Below are positions 9,892 to 19,109 of a stretch of 64,000 bases of DNA, piece by piece. Source of the stretch: Elusimicrobiota bacterium (GTDB taxonomy: Bacteria > Elusimicrobiota > Elusimicrobia > UBA1565). Where the stretch lies: positions 1 to 64,000 of the forward strand of contig JBDRPD010000034.1 of assembly GCA_043827405.1 (NCBI GenBank), in the 5' to 3' direction. The first letter of the stretch is position 1, and every line of letters starts with the position of its first letter. Made by a program: the position numbers and the translations under genes. The notes under the pieces are model-generated. The model had not been told where the DNA came from, did not search any database, and saw only the letters and a list, made by a program, of their open reading frames with translations.

Positions 9892-11334
9892 TCATGCGAC
9901 GATGCCCTTTTCCCGCAGGTAGTGCCTGACCTTTGAGCGGGCGCGGGCCGTTTTTACGACGTTCAGCCAGTCCTTTTTCGGGCGCGAACCCTTTCGGGTG
10001 AGGATTTCGCAGACATCCCCCGACTTCAACTCGTACTCAAACTTTACCATCTTGTTGTTGACTTTTGCGCCCACGCAGCTGAGCCCGACTTCCGTATGTA
10101 CAGTGAAGGCGAAGTCGAGAGGCGTCGCCCCGGCCGGGAGCGCCTTGACTTCTCCGGCGGGGGTGAACACGAAGACCTGATGAAGCTCCAGGTCCGTTTT
10201 CAGGCTCTCAATGAACTCGCGCGGGCTCTTAAGGTCCTGCAGCCACTCGATCCATTGCCGCAGCCAGTTGAGCTTCTCCGTCAGATGCTTGTCGTCCGCG
10301 GCTTCTCCCTGCTTGTATCGCCAGTGCGCGGCGATGCCCATCTCCGCCGTGCGGTGCATCTCTTCGGTCCGGAACTGGACCTCGATGATGTCGCCGCGTT
10401 GGCTGATGACCGAAGTGTGCAGGCTCTGATACAGGTTGAGCTTGGGTACGGAGATGTAGTCGGTGAAGCTTCCGGTCACCGGTTTAAACTCGGCGTGCAG
10501 GAGACCGAGCAGCGCATAGCAGTCGGCGACGGTGTCGGTGATGATGCGCACGCCCATGATGTCCTGGATCTCCTCGAACGGTTTTTCCTGCCGCTGCATT
10601 TTTTGGAAGATGGAGTACAGGCTTTTGGAGCGTGCGAGGATGCGGTAAGGGATCTTGGTCGGCTTCAGCCGCTCATCGAGATCCGTACGAAACTCCTTTA
10701 GGGCGGCTTCGCGGCCCGAGACGAAGGCCTGCATGTCGGCGTGCAGCTTGGCGAACTCTTCCGGGTGGAGGTGGCTGAAGGCCAGGTCTTCCAGATCGCT
10801 CTTGAGCTGGAACATGCCGAGACGGTGGGAAAGCGGCGCGTAGAGCGAAACGGTCTCGATGGCGATGCGTGTCCGGCGCTCGGGTTCAAGGAAGTACAGG
10901 GTCTTCATGTTGTGCAGCCGATCGGCCAGCTTGATAAGGATTACGCGGATATCCTGGGCGGTCGCGAGCAGCATCTTGCGCCAGTTCTCGGCCTGCGCCT
11001 CGTCGCGCGAGTTGTACTTCAGCGAGTCGAGCTTGGTTACGCCGTCGACCATAGAGGCGATCTCGTCGCCGAATTCTTTTTTCAGCTGCTCCATGGTGAT
11101 CGGCGTATCTTCAACGACGTCATGCAGCAGCCCGGCGCAGATCGTGGGCAAGTCGAGCTTGAAGTCGATGAGCGTCTCGGCGACGGCGAGACAGTGAATA
11201 AAGTAGTGCTCGCCGGAGGCGCGCGACTGGTTCTTGTGCACGTCTTCCGAGAAGCCGTAGGCCAGCTCCAGCAGGGTCGTATCCACGTGCGGCGAGTATT
11301 CCTTAAAGCGCTCGAGCATCTCTTCAAGCGTCAT
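9892..11334 (-). CDS. rel: RelA/SpoT homolog (HD hydrolase + synthetase + TGS), lacking ZFD/ACT C-terminus
   Basis: H..QSRASGE.Y..H, LLHDVVEDT, IKLADRLHNM, RSKSLYSI..KM, YQSLH, EVQFRT, AHWRYK, TGS (VFVFTP...ATPLDFAFTVHT). Ends at 480 aa. Confidence 0.93.
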   Translation of the reverse strand: MTLEEMLERFKEYSPHVDTTLLELAYGFSEDVHKNQSRASGEHYFIHCLAVAETLIDFKLDLPTICAGLLHDVVEDTPITMEQLKKEFGDEIASMVDGVTKLDSLKYNSRDEAQAENWRKMLLATAQDIRVILIKLADRLHNMKTLYFLEPERRTRIAIETVSLYAPLSHRLGMFQLKSDLEDLAFSHLHPEEFAKLHADMQAFVSGREAALKEFRTDLDERLKPTKIPYRILARSKSLYSIFQKMQRQEKPFEEIQDIMGVRIITDTVADCYALLGLLHAEFKPVTGSFTDYISVPKLNLYQSLHTSVISQRGDIIEVQFRTEEMHRTAEMGIAAHWRYKQGEAADDKHLTEKLNWLRQWIEWLQDLKSPREFIESLKTDLELHQVFVFTPAGEVKALPAGATPLDFAFTVHTEVGLSCVGAKVNNKMVKFEYELKSGDVCEILTRKGSRPKKDWLNVVKTARARSKVRHYLREKGIVA

Positions 11335-11335
11335 C

Positions 11336-12061
11336 CTAATGCCCCGCCCGCAGCGCGACGATGATGATAAGCCCGGTAATAAAGAGCGCGAGGCAGCCCT
11401 TATCCTCGGTCTTGTGCAGCCGGGTCAGCACGTCGGCGGCGCCGATGTAAACGAAGGAGCCCGCGGCGAAGCCGAGGAGCCCCGACATCAGCGCCGGCGG
11501 CAGGGCCCGCATCTGCCACAGGCCCAGAGCGCTGCCGAAGGGGGTGGCCAAGGCGATAAGAAGCAGCGCGAGCAGCGCGCCGCGGCGCGAGTAGCCGCCC
11601 TGCGTCAGGAGCGACGTCAGGGTGAAGCCGTCTACGAGCTTGTGCAGCACGACGGAAGAGCCGATGACCGCGCCGGCGAGCGCTCCGGCCGAGAAGGAGA
11701 TCGTCAGGTTGAGCCCGTCGATAAAGGAGTGGATGAACAGGGCGACCAGCGCCGACCAGCCCAGCAGGTGCACCGAGCAGTTTTCCAGGTACTCCGGGCA
11801 GCTGTCCGACATCGCCAGGCTTTCCATGGAGAACAGCAGGGCGAAGCCGGCGAGCGCGCCCCAGCCGGCGGCCTCGGCGTTGTGTTCCCAGGCATGGGGA
11901 AGGATCTCGACGAAGGCGATGGCGATCAGGACCCCGGAGCGCAGCGAAAATAGACGCCACAGCCAGCGGCGAGAGAATAAGTTCTTGATGAGCGGGAGGC
12001 CGCCGCCGAGCAGGGTCAGGGCGACCGCGGCGACGTTAAAGCTGAGGAGCGCTCCGCTCAT
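11336..12061 (-). CDS. ZIP family divalent metal transporter
   Basis: HSFIDG and HKLVDG metal-site motifs, ATPFG, AAGSFVYIGAADVL, multiple TMs. Confidence 0.88.
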   Translation of the reverse strand: MSGALLSFNVAAVALTLLGGGLPLIKNLFSRRWLWRLFSLRSGVLIAIAFVEILPHAWEHNAEAAGWGALAGFALLFSMESLAMSDSCPEYLENCSVHLLGWSALVALFIHSFIDGLNLTISFSAGALAGAVIGSSVVLHKLVDGFTLTSLLTQGGYSRRGALLALLLIALATPFGSALGLWQMRALPPALMSGLLGFAAGSFVYIGAADVLTRLHKTEDKGCLALFITGLIIIVALRAGH

Positions 12062-13869
12062 GCCGGCTTCTCCTCGGGCTCCGTCTGCTGCAGCTCATAG
12101 AGCCGGCGGTAGAGGCCGTCGCGGCGCAGAAGTTCGGCGTGGGTTCCGGTTTCCGCGACCTTCCCGTTGTTGAGCGCGTAGATGCGGTCGGCCGCGTGCA
12201 CGGTCGAAAGACGGTGCGCGATAAGGATCACGGTCCGTCCCTGCATAAGATTCTCCAGCGCCTTCTGCACCTCGCTTTCGCTGGTTGAGTCGAGGTTGCT
12301 TGTGGCCTCATCGAGCACCAGCAGCGGCGGGTTGGTCAGCACGGCGCGCGCGATGGCGAGCCGCTGGCGCTGGCCGCCGGACAGGCGCGTCCCGCGGTCG
12401 CCGAGTATGGTGTCGTAGCCTTGCGGCAGGGCGAGGATGAAGTCGTGCGCGTCGGCGATCTTGGCGGCGCGGACGATGTCGTCTGCGGTCGCTTCCGTGC
12501 GGCCGATGACGATATTGGCGCGGACGTCGTCGTTGAACAGCACCGTCTCTTGGGTGACCAGGCCGATCTGCTTGCGCACGCTGCGGATGCGGAAGTCGCG
12601 CAGGTCTCTGCCGTCGAACAGCACCGCGCCCTCGTCCGGGTCGTAGAGCCGCAGCAGCATGTGGACGATGGTGCTCTTGCCCGATCCCGAGGGGCCGACG
12701 ATCGCGACGGTCTCGCCGCGCCGGAAGGTGAGGTCGATATCGTCAAGCGCCGGCAGCTCGCGGCTCGTGTATTTAAAACGCAGACCCTGGAGACGAATCT
12801 CCTCGCGCAGCTCGGTGAACGCCGTCGCGCCGGGCCGGTCGACGACGCTCGGCTTTACGTCGAGGATGTAGAAAATGCGGTCGGCTGAGGCGAGGCCGCG
12901 CTGCAGCTCCGAGTTGAGCTTGCCGAGGTTCTTGGTGGGGGCGTAGGCGGAGAAGAATGCGGTCAGAAACGCCGCGAAATCGCCCGCATCCATCCGGCCC
13001 AGCAGAATCTCGCGCCCGCCGAAGTAGAGCAGCAGCGCCAGGATCAAGGACCCGAAGAACTCCATCAGCGGTCCGGAGAGCGCCGTCGCGCGCAGATAGC
13101 GCATCATCTGGCTGAAGAAAGACGCGTTTTCCCCGCGGAATTTATCGATCGCTCCCTCCTCGTAGTTGAAGGCCTTGATCAGAGTCATTCCGTAAAGGCT
13201 TTCCTGAAAGCGGTGGTAGATATGTCCCATAATGGCCTGGCTCTGGGAGCTCGCGTCGCGCATTTTGCGGCCCAGGATGACGATGAGAACCGCGGCGATC
13301 GGGATCATGCCCAGCGCGACCAGCGCGAAGTGCCAGTTGAGGAAAAACAGCACGCCCATGAGCACGATAACGGTCAGCAGGTCGCGGATAAGGTAGAGCG
13401 GGACGAACTGGAGCATGGACTGCACCAAAGTGAGGTCGTTGGTGACGCGGGCCAGGACTTCGCCGCTCTTGTTTTCGCTGTAAAAGTCCAGGGACAGGGT
13501 ATGCAGGTGGCGAAACAGTTCTTCGCGCATCTCCTGGGTGACGCGTTGGCCGAGCCAGCTCATGAGGTAGTTCTGGATATAGGCGGCGATGGATTTGACC
13601 CCGATCAGCAGCGGAACGCTCACGGTAAGAATCGCCAGCGTCTGCGTCGAGGCGGTGAACTCCATGAACCTCTCGAGGATGTTGATGATCGCTTCGCCCC
13701 ACATGGAGTTGGAGATGTCCTTCCCCGCGAACAGGCCGTTGACGACGATTTTGATCAGCAGGACCGTCAATCCGTTGGCGGCCGCGACGACGATCATGGC
13801 GACGGCCGCCTGGTAGAAGCGCAGCCGGTGCGGCCGAACGCGCCGGAGCAGCCGTCCGGGAGCGCTCAT
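12058..13869 (-). CDS. msbA: ABC transporter permease/ATPase, MsbA-like lipid A flippase
   Basis: TMD plus NBD (GPSGSGKST, LSGGQRQRLAIARA, LVLDEATSNLD, IAHRLST), directly after lpxB. The start is ATG13869 (MSAPGRLL), overlapping the lpxB stop. Confidence 0.88.
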   Translation of the reverse strand: MSAPGRLLRRVRPHRLRFYQAAVAMIVVAAANGLTVLLIKIVVNGLFAGKDISNSMWGEAIINILERFMEFTASTQTLAILTVSVPLLIGVKSIAAYIQNYLMSWLGQRVTQEMREELFRHLHTLSLDFYSENKSGEVLARVTNDLTLVQSMLQFVPLYLIRDLLTVIVLMGVLFFLNWHFALVALGMIPIAAVLIVILGRKMRDASSQSQAIMGHIYHRFQESLYGMTLIKAFNYEEGAIDKFRGENASFFSQMMRYLRATALSGPLMEFFGSLILALLLYFGGREILLGRMDAGDFAAFLTAFFSAYAPTKNLGKLNSELQRGLASADRIFYILDVKPSVVDRPGATAFTELREEIRLQGLRFKYTSRELPALDDIDLTFRRGETVAIVGPSGSGKSTIVHMLLRLYDPDEGAVLFDGRDLRDFRIRSVRKQIGLVTQETVLFNDDVRANIVIGRTEATADDIVRAAKIADAHDFILALPQGYDTILGDRGTRLSGGQRQRLAIARAVLTNPPLLVLDEATSNLDSTSESEVQKALENLMQGRTVILIAHRLSTVHAADRIYALNNGKVAETGTHAELLRRDGLYRRLYELQQTEPEEKPA

Positions 13870-15011
13870 GCGGCGGCCCTCCGCGTGCCGACGGCGTTGA
13901 GGATTATTTCGGCCGTGCGGTCGATGGCACCGGGTCCGCGCAGCTTGGTGCGCAGAGCCGAGAGGTCGCGGCGCAGTTCCTGGAGGCGGCGCGGATTGCC
14001 CAGGATGTCGAGCGCTTTGCGGGCGATCTTTTCCGGCGTGGCTTGATGCTGGACCAGCTCCGGGACGAGCTCGCGCTCCGCCAGGATGTTGGCCATGGCG
14101 ATATGCCGCACCCGGATCAGCGAGCGGGCGATGAGATAGGTCGGCCAGGCGACCTTGTAGATTACGACCATCGGGATGCCGAGCAGCGCGTTTTCCAGCG
14201 TGGCGGTCCCGGAAGAGGTGAGAAGAAAGTCCTGGCGCGAGCGCTCGGCGTAATCGGCTTCGCGTACCAGCACGGGGCGCAGGGTTTCTGCGGTGCGCCG
14301 GCGGTTCAGCCAGCGCGTGTAATGGCTGTCGTTGAGCTGCGGTACGGCAAAGACGCGGATTTGCATATGCGGGAAGTCGCGCCGGATGCGCTCCGCGGCG
14401 CGCAGGAGAACGGGGAGATGACGCTGAACCTCCGTCGAGCGGCTGCCCGGCAGGATTCCGAGCCGGAGCGTCCGGGACGGCGAGCGGTGGTTCGGCGGCG
14501 GCAGGACATCGAGCAGCGGGTGGCCCACCCAGGTGACCGGCACCCCCGCCTTCCGGTAGAGCTCCTCTTCGAAGGGGAAAATGACGAGCATGCGGTCGAC
14601 GCAGCTCTTGATGTGCCGGATGCGGCCGGCGCGGGTCGCCCAAACCTGGGGACTGATGAAATACAGCGCCGGTACGCCGCAGCGCTTGGCGGCGGAGAGA
14701 ATGTGCCGGTTGAAGCCGTAGAAGTCGATGCAGACGACGGCGTCGATCGCGCCTTGCTCCATGCGCGCGCGCAGCTCGCGGTGCAGCAGAACAAACGTCG
14801 GCAGGCGCTTGATCGGCGCGATGAAGCCGGTGACGCCGAGCGAGGCCAGGTCGCTGTGAAAAATGTCGCCGGCGGCGAGCGTGGCTTTCATCAGCGGTCC
14901 GCCCACCGCCTCTATGCGCGTGCTCCGCCGCGCCCGCCGCAAGGCGCGTATCAGCAGGGAGCCGTAGAGGTCTCCCGACGGATCGCCTGCGACGATGAGG
15001 ATGCGCGGCAT
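13866..15011 (-). CDS. lpxB: Lipid A disaccharide synthase
   Basis: ILIVAGDPSGD, IDFYGFN, YFISPQVWA, IFPFE, VGHPL, LPGSR, SGTATLE.ALLG.PMVV.Y. Confidence 0.96.
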   Translation of the reverse strand: MPRILIVAGDPSGDLYGSLLIRALRRARRSTRIEAVGGPLMKATLAAGDIFHSDLASLGVTGFIAPIKRLPTFVLLHRELRARMEQGAIDAVVCIDFYGFNRHILSAAKRCGVPALYFISPQVWATRAGRIRHIKSCVDRMLVIFPFEEELYRKAGVPVTWVGHPLLDVLPPPNHRSPSRTLRLGILPGSRSTEVQRHLPVLLRAAERIRRDFPHMQIRVFAVPQLNDSHYTRWLNRRRTAETLRPVLVREADYAERSRQDFLLTSSGTATLENALLGIPMVVIYKVAWPTYLIARSLIRVRHIAMANILAERELVPELVQHQATPEKIARKALDILGNPRRLQELRRDLSALRTKLRGPGAIDRTAEIILNAVGTRRAAA

Positions 15012-15015
15012 GGCG

Positions 15016-16059
15016 CTATCCTCTCCGGCCCCGCACCGAGCGTTTTATCGACTGAGCAATTTTTTCGAGCGGGTTGTCCCATTTCGGCAGGACCGTCTTG
15101 GTTTTAAAGCCGGACAGCTCGTAGCGCTTGAGCTCTTCGGTGATCTGCAGCGCAAGCTTCAGCGCCTTAAGGCCGTGCTCGCCGGAGGGCCACGGTTTCC
15201 GGTTGTTGCGGATGCAGTCGAGGAAGTGGTTGATCTGGTTGGACAAGGGCTGCGTTTTGTCCATGCGCGGAGCGATGTGGCGGATATCCTTGAGGCTGCG
15301 TATCTCCGGTTTTTTCTTCTCGTATATTTGCAGCGACGCGTTGAGATAGTCCAATGAGATATAGCTGCTCTCTTGGAATATCCGTATCTTGCGGCAGCGT
15401 TTGAGCGAGATGCGGCTGGCTGTTAGATCGGCGATGCAGCCCGACTTGAAACGGATGCGGACATTGGCGATATCCTCGTGCCGGGACAGCAGCGTCGCGC
15501 CGAGGGGCTCCATGCTTTCGACCTCGGAGTTGACCAGCGTGAGGAGAATATCGATGTCGTGGATCATGAGGTCGAGGACCACGCCGATGTCCTGCATGCG
15601 CGGGTCATAGGGGCCGAGGCGCTCCACCGTGATGAAGCGCGGATGCCGGATGTGCTCGATCGCCTGCAGGATCGCGGGGTTGAAGCGCTCGACATGGCCG
15701 ACCTGGAGCTGGACCTTATTCTCCTCGGCCAGGGCCAGGAGCTTGTGCGCCTCCTCAACGGACGAGGCCAGCGGCTTCTCGATGAGGCAGTGCGCGCCCG
15801 CCGTCAGGACCGCTTGGCCGACCTCGAAGTGCAGCGCCGTGGGGACAGCGACGACGACGGCGTCGACCTTGCCGAGGAAATCCCGATAGTCCTTATGCGC
15901 CAGCGCACCGCTGCGCCACGCGGCGACTTGCGCGCGCCAGACGTTGGTGTCGCTCACGCCGACCAGTTCGATGTCGGGGTGCTTGCTGAGAGTGCGGGCA
16001 TGGTGGGTTCCCATGCGCCCGGCGCCCACGACACCGAAACGAATCTTGCGCTTGCTCAC
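15016..16059 (-). CDS. Gfo/Idh/MocA oxidoreductase, GnnA-like UDP-GlcNAc 3-dehydrogenase
   Basis: GVVGAGRMG, IEKP, VGHVERFNPA, DLMIHDID, LTASR. Located between lpxI and lpxB. Confidence 0.75.
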   Translation of the reverse strand: MSKRKIRFGVVGAGRMGTHHARTLSKHPDIELVGVSDTNVWRAQVAAWRSGALAHKDYRDFLGKVDAVVVAVPTALHFEVGQAVLTAGAHCLIEKPLASSVEEAHKLLALAEENKVQLQVGHVERFNPAILQAIEHIRHPRFITVERLGPYDPRMQDIGVVLDLMIHDIDILLTLVNSEVESMEPLGATLLSRHEDIANVRIRFKSGCIADLTASRISLKRCRKIRIFQESSYISLDYLNASLQIYEKKKPEIRSLKDIRHIAPRMDKTQPLSNQINHFLDCIRNNRKPWPSGEHGLKALKLALQITEELKRYELSGFKTKTVLPKWDNPLEKIAQSIKRSVRGRRG

Positions 16060-16904
16060 GTGGCGGCCTCCTGCGTCTCTTCGTCGCGGGCGACGACGGC
16101 CAGCTTCATGCCGTCGGCGCCGCGCAGAAACTCATCCTTGTCGATAATCAGGGTTTTGCGAGCCTCGACGGCGACCGCGGTGACGCCCGCTTCCCGAAAT
16201 ACGCGCAGCGAGTCCGGTCCCAGCACGGGCAGGTCGAAGCGAAAGTCTTGTTCCGGCTTGGCGACCTTAACCAGCACGAGTCCGGGCTTTCTGCCGTGCG
16301 AGCGGACCAGTTCGGCGGCGCGCAGCAGCAGCGCGTCCGTTCCTTCCATCGCCTCGACGGCGACGACGGCACGGTCCCGCACCACCACGCTCTGGCCGAT
16401 ATCAAAGCCGGCGACGGCCTTGCCGGCGCGCCAGCCAAACTCGATATCTGCGGCTTCCGCCTTTGACGGCGCCCGCCGCGTCAGCACGCCGGGCTCGGGC
16501 ATCAGCCGCGAGAGATGCGTGGCCGAGGATATCAGCTCGATCCCCTCTTTCTTAAACTCGTCGGCGATGGCGCGCAGGATGGTGTCGGTCCGGCGGTCCT
16601 TAAGCCCCGCGAGGATCTTGATGGCCCGCAGGTCCGGCATAATGCCGCCGAATAGCGAATTATGCTGGACCTTGCCGGCCATGACGGCGCGGCGTACTCC
16701 CGCTTTTTTGAAGATCCGCAGCGGTTCGCTCACCTTGCCGAGCTTGAACGTGTGGACCTCGTCCGCGATCTCGGACAAGGAAGTTTCGGTTACGCCGGAG
16801 ATGCCTATTGCGACGACGCGATGGCCCTGCCGCTTCGCCTCTTGTGCGAATAAGAGGGGAAAGCGGCCTGAGCCGGCAATCAGGCCGATCGTTTCCGTAG
16901 GCAT
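16056..16904 (-). CDS. lpxI: UDP-2,3-diacylglucosamine diphosphatase LpxI
   Basis: IGLIAGSGRFP, DIGQSVVV, AVEAMEGTD, K..KP.QD.RFDLP..G. Confidence 0.95.
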   Translation of the reverse strand: MPTETIGLIAGSGRFPLLFAQEAKRQGHRVVAIGISGVTETSLSEIADEVHTFKLGKVSEPLRIFKKAGVRRAVMAGKVQHNSLFGGIMPDLRAIKILAGLKDRRTDTILRAIADEFKKEGIELISSATHLSRLMPEPGVLTRRAPSKAEAADIEFGWRAGKAVAGFDIGQSVVVRDRAVVAVEAMEGTDALLLRAAELVRSHGRKPGLVLVKVAKPEQDFRFDLPVLGPDSLRVFREAGVTAVAVEARKTLIIDKDEFLRGADGMKLAVVARDEETQEAAT

Positions 16905-16924
16905 GGCTGCGCTGCGGGCCGCGG

Positions 16925-17734
16925 TTAGGCCGTCACCTCTTCTTCGCTTTTGACGTCGCCTGGGCGCGTGATGCCCCGGCCCTTCTGCGCCGCCTCGATG
17001 AACTGGATCATGTCCTGGACCGGCGGCGGCGGCGAGGAGGCTTTGAGCTGCGCCAAGGCCGCCTCAATCGGCTGGCCGGAAAGGAACAGCGTCCTATAGG
17101 CGCCGCGGACGGCCTTGACCACGTCGCGCGGCAGCTTGGAACGGCGAAGCCCCACGACGTTGAGCCCGCGCAGCTTGGCCCGGTCGCCCTGCGCCGTGCA
17201 GAACGGCGGGATGTCCTTGCCCACCTTGGAGCCCGCGCTGATCATGACCATGCGGCCGACGCGGACGAACTGGTGGATGCCGACATGTGCCGACAGCACG
17301 CAGTAGTCCGCCAGCTCAACGTGGCCGGCCAGCGCCGCGAAGGACACCATGATGACGTTGTTGCCGATGACGCAGTCGTGCGCCACGTGAGTGAAGGCGC
17401 AGAACAGGCAGTTGGAGCCGATCACGGTCTTGCCGGTGGCTTTAGTGCCGCGGTTCATCTGCACGGCTTCCCGCACCGTGTTGTTGTCGCCCATGATCAG
17501 GAGCGCGCGCTCGCCGGCGTACTTCAGGTCCTGCGGCGCAGTGCCGAGAAAGCAGCCTGGAAAGATGCGGTTGTTCTTGCCGATCCGGGCGTACTCGATT
17601 ACCGCATGGGAGCCGATCGTGGTGCCTTCTCCGATCTCCACGTCCTCGCCGATGACGGCGTAGGGGCCGACCTGCACCGAGGGGTGGAGCCTGGCGGAAG
17701 GGTCGATGATCGCGGTGGGGTGGATGCTGTTCAT
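16925..17734 (-). CDS. lpxA: Acyl-ACP--UDP-GlcNAc (or GlcNAc3N) acyltransferase
   Basis: IHPTAII, PQDLKY, RGT, HVAHDC, LAGHV, HQF, GLN.VGLRR. Confidence 0.96.
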   Translation of the reverse strand: MNSIHPTAIIDPSARLHPSVQVGPYAVIGEDVEIGEGTTIGSHAVIEYARIGKNNRIFPGCFLGTAPQDLKYAGERALLIMGDNNTVREAVQMNRGTKATGKTVIGSNCLFCAFTHVAHDCVIGNNVIMVSFAALAGHVELADYCVLSAHVGIHQFVRVGRMVMISAGSKVGKDIPPFCTAQGDRAKLRGLNVVGLRRSKLPRDVVKAVRGAYRTLFLSGQPIEAALAQLKASSPPPPVQDMIQFIEAAQKGRGITRPGDVKSEEEVTA

Positions 17735-18210
17735 TTCTTGTTCTTGTCGGCGAGGATGAACGACATCTGCGCTTCGGTGGCGATCTTGCCGTTGATCATC
17801 GCCGTGCCCTGGAACTTCCCGGAGCGGCCGCCGAGCTTAAGGACCTCGACTTTGAGCTGGAGGATGTTCCCGGGCGTCACGGGGTTGCGGAACTTGGCGC
17901 TCTCAATGCCGAGGAAGAACGCGATCTTGTTCTCGAAGCCGCCCGTGGACATAAGCATTACGCAGGCGGTTTGGGCGAGGGCTTCAATAACGAGCACTCC
18001 CGGCATGATCGGATGGTCGGGGAAGTGTCCCTGAAAGAACTCTTCGTTCATTGTTACGCCCTTGGTGCCGATGGCGATTTTCCCCTCTTCTATGATGTCG
18101 ACTCGGTCGACGAGCATGAAGGGGTAGCGATGCGGTAGCGCCGCTTTTACTTCCATGGGCGAAAGGGTGCGTACGGGTGCGGGTGCGGTTTCCGTTGTCT
18201 CTGTCGTCAT
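17731..18210 (-). CDS. fabZ: 3-hydroxyacyl-ACP dehydratase
   Basis: LPHRYPFMLVDRV, FFQGHFP..PIMPGVL.IEALAQ. Confidence 0.97.
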   Translation of the reverse strand: MTTETTETAPAPVRTLSPMEVKAALPHRYPFMLVDRVDIIEEGKIAIGTKGVTMNEEFFQGHFPDHPIMPGVLVIEALAQTACVMLMSTGGFENKIAFFLGIESAKFRNPVTPGNILQLKVEVLKLGGRSGKFQGTAMINGKIATEAQMSFILADKNKK

Positions 18211-18224
18211 GATTCCTCCGTTGC

Positions 18225-19109
18225 TCAGCCTACGGGATTCCTGCCCCGCATTTTTATGGCTGATTGGTTGAGAAGCTTTGCGAACTCAATATTGTGGGCA
18301 TGGCCGGGCCGTACGGCTTCGATATGCATCTTGAACAGCGAGCGGCCGATCAGCGTTAAATCGCCGATCAGGTCCAGCACCTTATGGCGGACAAACTCGT
18401 CTTTGTAGCGCAGTCCTTCGGCGTTGGTGTGGATCTCTTCGCGACCGATTACAATCGCGTTCTCCAGGCTGCCGCCCTGCGCCAGGCCCTGGGATTTTAG
18501 AAAGGCGATCTCATGCTCGAAACAGAAGGTGCGCGCGGGAGCGAGCTCGGTCGCGTAGCTCTTGGTGTCTACCGTGATGGTCATCTCCACCCTCGGGACC
18601 AGCGGGTGGTCGTGGATCAAGGTCGCGTCGACCTCGAAGTTTTCGGCGGGCCGGGCGCGGTAGAAGGAGCCTTTGTCCTCGTAGGTGATCTCCTCGGGGA
18701 TCACCAGGTAGCGCTTGGGCTCATTGGGGTAGCGGCGCAGGCCGGCGCCCATCAGCGCCTTGAAGAACGGGAGCGCGGAGCCGTCCATGATCGGCGGCTC
18801 GTTGGCGGTCACCAGAATGTCGCAGTTGTCGATGCCGATGCCCGTCAGCGCGGAAAGGACGTGCTCGACGGTGTGGATGCGCGCCTCGTTGAGGCCGATG
18901 TTGGTGCCGCGGACCGTTGCCACGACGAAGCCGAGGCGCGCGGGGATTACCGGGCAGTCCGGCAGGTCTGGGCGAAAGAAGCGGATGCCCGTATTCGCCG
19001 GCGCCGGACGGAAGGTCAGGATGGAGGCGTTGCCGGTATGCAGGCCGATCCCCTCCAGCGTCACCTCTTTGTCGATCGTCGTCTGCGCGTCGATGTTATC
19101 CTTTGGCAT
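18225..19109 (-). CDS. lpxC: UDP-3-O-acyl-GlcNAc deacetylase
   Basis: QTTI...[55 protein letters not shown]. Confidence 0.97.
   Translation of the reverse strand: MPKDNIDAQTTIDKEVTLEGIGLHTGNASILTFRPAPANTGIRFFRPDLPDCPVIPARLGFVVATVRGTNIGLNEARIHTVEHVLSALTGIGIDNCDILVTANEPPIMDGSALPFFKALMGAGLRRYPNEPKRYLVIPEEITYEDKGSFYRARPAENFEVDATLIHDHPLVPRVEMTITVDTKSYATELAPARTFCFEHEIAFLKSQGLAQGGSLENAIVIGREEIHTNAEGLRYKDEFVRHKVLDLIGDLTLIGRSLFKMHIEAVRPGHAHNIEFAKLLNQSAIKMRGRNPVG

Noticed and set aside
12058..14643. 861-aa ORF suggesting an MsbA with a long N-terminal extension or an LpxB-MsbA fusion
   Set aside because: The extra ~257 aa is an off-frame read through lpxB (Arg/Pro/Ala-rich, no motifs). The real start is ATG13869, overlapping the lpxB stop.
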